From NCBI GenBank assembly GCA_963662285.2, contig CAXXMV010000008.1, forward strand, positions 1,120,001 to 1,184,000: a DNA stretch of 64,000 nucleotides, given 5' to 3'. Below are positions 62,137-64,000 of this stretch, in pieces. How positions within the stretch are numbered: the stretch's first letter is position 1; each line of letters opens with the position of its first letter. Origin of the DNA: a bacterium (lineage in GTDB: Bacteria > Hinthialibacterota > Hinthialibacteria > Hinthialibacterales > Hinthialibacteraceae). The notes under the pieces are model-generated. The model saw nothing but the letters and a program-made list of their open reading frames with translations. It was not told the DNA's origin and did not search any database. Position numbers and translations under genes: made by a program.

Positions 62137-63471
62137 ATGTTTAAGAAGGCGTATGATGCAGTGACGAGTAAGGTTGGCAAGACGGTGATGGGACTTGGAA
62201 TTCTTGGTATGGGTCTTGGAGTGATGGGCGCGAATGCTTCTGAAGTTATTCGCACCATATATATTGATACCTTTAACAGTGCTGCATATACACAATCTGG
62301 TGCTCAGCCGATGAGCATTGAGCAGAAGGCTAAAGCGCGTTCAGATTGGGATTCGCACTATATTACGATTAAAGATGACACGTTAGAGTACAGGATTGGC
62401 TCACCTGATTCAGATCCGATTGAGACCACTTTCCTCCCATCACGCGAGGAAGATCCCAAAGGCATTGAGCGGCAGAAAGTAATTGATGAGTACATTGATT
62501 TAGCAGAAGATTTAGGCGGTGTTGAAGTGAAGGCGAAGACGGTCAAGGCGACCTCAGACCTACCAACACAAGTCTATGGGAATGTGTATGATCTTATATC
62601 CGGCAATCCGGTAACTGATGGAACTTGCCGCTATTTTAATGAAGAAGGAGATATTAACGAAACCACAACTTTGGGCAACGATGGTTTTTTTTTGTTTACT
62701 CCCGAATACGATCCACTAAATTTTAACAAATTAGTTATTCAAACACCTCAGGATATGATGAATGTAACGGATAGAGGAGCAGGAGCGGGGCTCTCACCTC
62801 TGCGTTACGACGTCGGCCCAACCGACGATGGCAATCCATTCTATTTTTATCCAGGCCTTGCAACCGATATGATGGAGGGCCGGGCGCGATGGGAGTTGCC
62901 GGTTCATGTTTATTTTGGCGATAATCCAACACCTGAGCAATTAGAGAACATTCAGTCTGCAATGGATCGCTTCAATGAGCTCTGGGCGGATCAGATAAGT
63001 CCAATGAATGATTATATTTCTGCTAATGGACTTGATCGTCCGACTTTGCCAGAAACCTTTTTTGTCCGACGAGATTATTTTCAAAATTCAAATCTTGCAA
63101 CAAATTTTAATATGGCAACTCATCAGGGATGTAATCTTACTTTTCATCCAGGAGACGAACTTGTCGGAATTGTTGAGAACGGTGATCGGCAAATAGTATT
63201 TGCAACTCTTAATTATGGTTCAGGCTCAATGGAGCATGCGTTTGGTCATATTGCCGGTGCGTATCACACGGGCAATAATGGTATTGATTATCCGCCGGGA
63301 ATTGCAAGTGGCATGTCTCCATCAGCAGGCACATTAACAAAAGACGACATGCGCGTTTTCGCGGCTTTTTATGCTTGGCCGTTTGACAAGGTTAATATCA
63401 GAAACATCAGGTTCTTAACAACCGAGAACGTCGATATCGGAACACCAGTATTAAACTGGATGATGTATTAA
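62137..63471 (+). CDS. Secreted protein with zincin-like C-terminal region
   Basis: Signal peptide ending ANA; G.V.D.ISGNPV..DG.F beta-sandwich-like segment; EHAFGHIAGAYH..SGMSP resembles HExxHxxGxxH plus a Met-turn but lacks the Glu. Confidence 0.7.
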   Translation: MFKKAYDAVTSKVGKTVMGLGILGMGLGVMGANASEVIRTIYIDTFNSAAYTQSGAQPMSIEQKAKARSDWDSHYITIKDDTLEYRIGSPDSDPIETTFLPSREEDPKGIERQKVIDEYIDLAEDLGGVEVKAKTVKATSDLPTQVYGNVYDLISGNPVTDGTCRYFNEEGDINETTTLGNDGFFLFTPEYDPLNFNKLVIQTPQDMMNVTDRGAGAGLSPLRYDVGPTDDGNPFYFYPGLATDMMEGRARWELPVHVYFGDNPTPEQLENIQSAMDRFNELWADQISPMNDYISANGLDRPTLPETFFVRRDYFQNSNLATNFNMATHQGCNLTFHPGDELVGIVENGDRQIVFATLNYGSGSMEHAFGHIAGAYHTGNNGIDYPPGIASGMSPSAGTLTKDDMRVFAAFYAWPFDKVNIRNIRFLTTENVDIGTPVLNWMMY

Positions 63472-63644
63472 TTTTTTTTCTATAAAAATTCATTGAGGTG
63501 AATTATATTCGAGAACAGATTCCCATTAACAATAAAAACAGAATATCTATTGCATTGGAATTGAGACAGCATTTTTTTTACTTTGTATTAGACGGTAAAT
63601 TAACATATGCTTAGTCCCACCGTAAAGGTGTATTAAGAGAATTG

Positions 63645-63685
63645 AAGACGCTGCTTTATCCAGAATGGATGGCAGCGTTTTTTTT
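63645..63685 (+). terminator. Intrinsic terminator
   Basis: AAGACGCTGC..ATCC AGAAT GGAT GGCAGCGTT followed by a long T-run. Confidence 0.7.
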
Positions 63686-63899
63686 ATATTAAACAACTGG
63701 TATCAGTGGTGGGGTATCTGCTGCTGTATGTAGAAGGGATTGCAGCCCTGGTATCAGGGGAATTTATATCAGGGATGGGTTCTTATGGTAGTTATTCCTG
63801 GATGTTTCAGTTTATTTTTGACCATAATAGGAATTATCGTATTTTTTTTGTTTTTGTTTCCAGGCATGAGAAACAAAAACTCATGAGGTGATTAAAAAA

Positions 63900-64000
63900 A
63901 TGAGCAAACCAGAAAAAGTAATTCAGAACGGCAATTGCCGAGTTTCTATATTCCAAAACAGCATGTCTTGTTTTGATGGATGCCTTCCGTTAAGGAGTGT
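63900..64000 (+). CDS. Start of a small protein, cut by the window edge
   Basis: GAGGTGA RBS, then MSKPEKVIQNGNCRVSIFQN, open to the edge. Confidence 0.4.
   Translation, partial: MSKPEKVIQNGNCRVSIFQNSMSCFDGCLPLRS

Larger units (their letters stand above)
17415..64000. mobile_element. tRNA-Lys-targeted genomic island, right boundary not seen
   Basis: tRNA 3' fragment, adjacent integrase/xis, patchy base composition, IS debris and conflict-type cargo. The intact tRNA is predicted to the right of the window; the island may be composite. Confidence 0.65.

Overview
Bacterial window. Bases 1-15 kb look like core chromosome: acnA, a Tat-signal Gfo/Idh/MocA oxidoreductase, a CheY-like regulator plus hybrid kinase, an ECF sigma/anti-sigma/pilin-like operon, an FG-GAP protein and a second pilin-like gene. 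The pilin style suggests a Sumerlaeota/Hinthialibacterota-like lineage, which is inference only. From about 17.4 kb a genomic island starts at a 3' half-copy of tRNA-Lys(CTT), beside a tyrosine integrase and excisionase; its other end is not in the window. The island carries IS debris (IS5-like, IS66, ISL3, an intact IS21) and several conflict/defence-like modules. These are (i) a TIR-TPR cassette between 57-bp direct repeats, (ii) a Nudix-cupin / Nudix / RelA-SpoT x2-TPR-SLOG-RyR cluster, (iii) a tandem array of DUF4062(TIR-like)-STAND-WD40 NLR-like genes with shared N-termini, unrelated C-termini and degenerate DUF4062 stubs between them, (iv) an S1-domain kinase / PAS kinase / receiver / MBL-hydrolase operon, and (v) an archaeal-type Orc1/Cdc6 gene with ORB-like motifs upstream. 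The cleanest novelty candidate is a 1.85-kb element that splits the third NLR gene. It has bipartite inverted repeats and encodes only two paralogous DUF1670-like proteins with a tyrosine-recombinase-like C-terminus. All family calls come from motif recognition by eye, not from searches.
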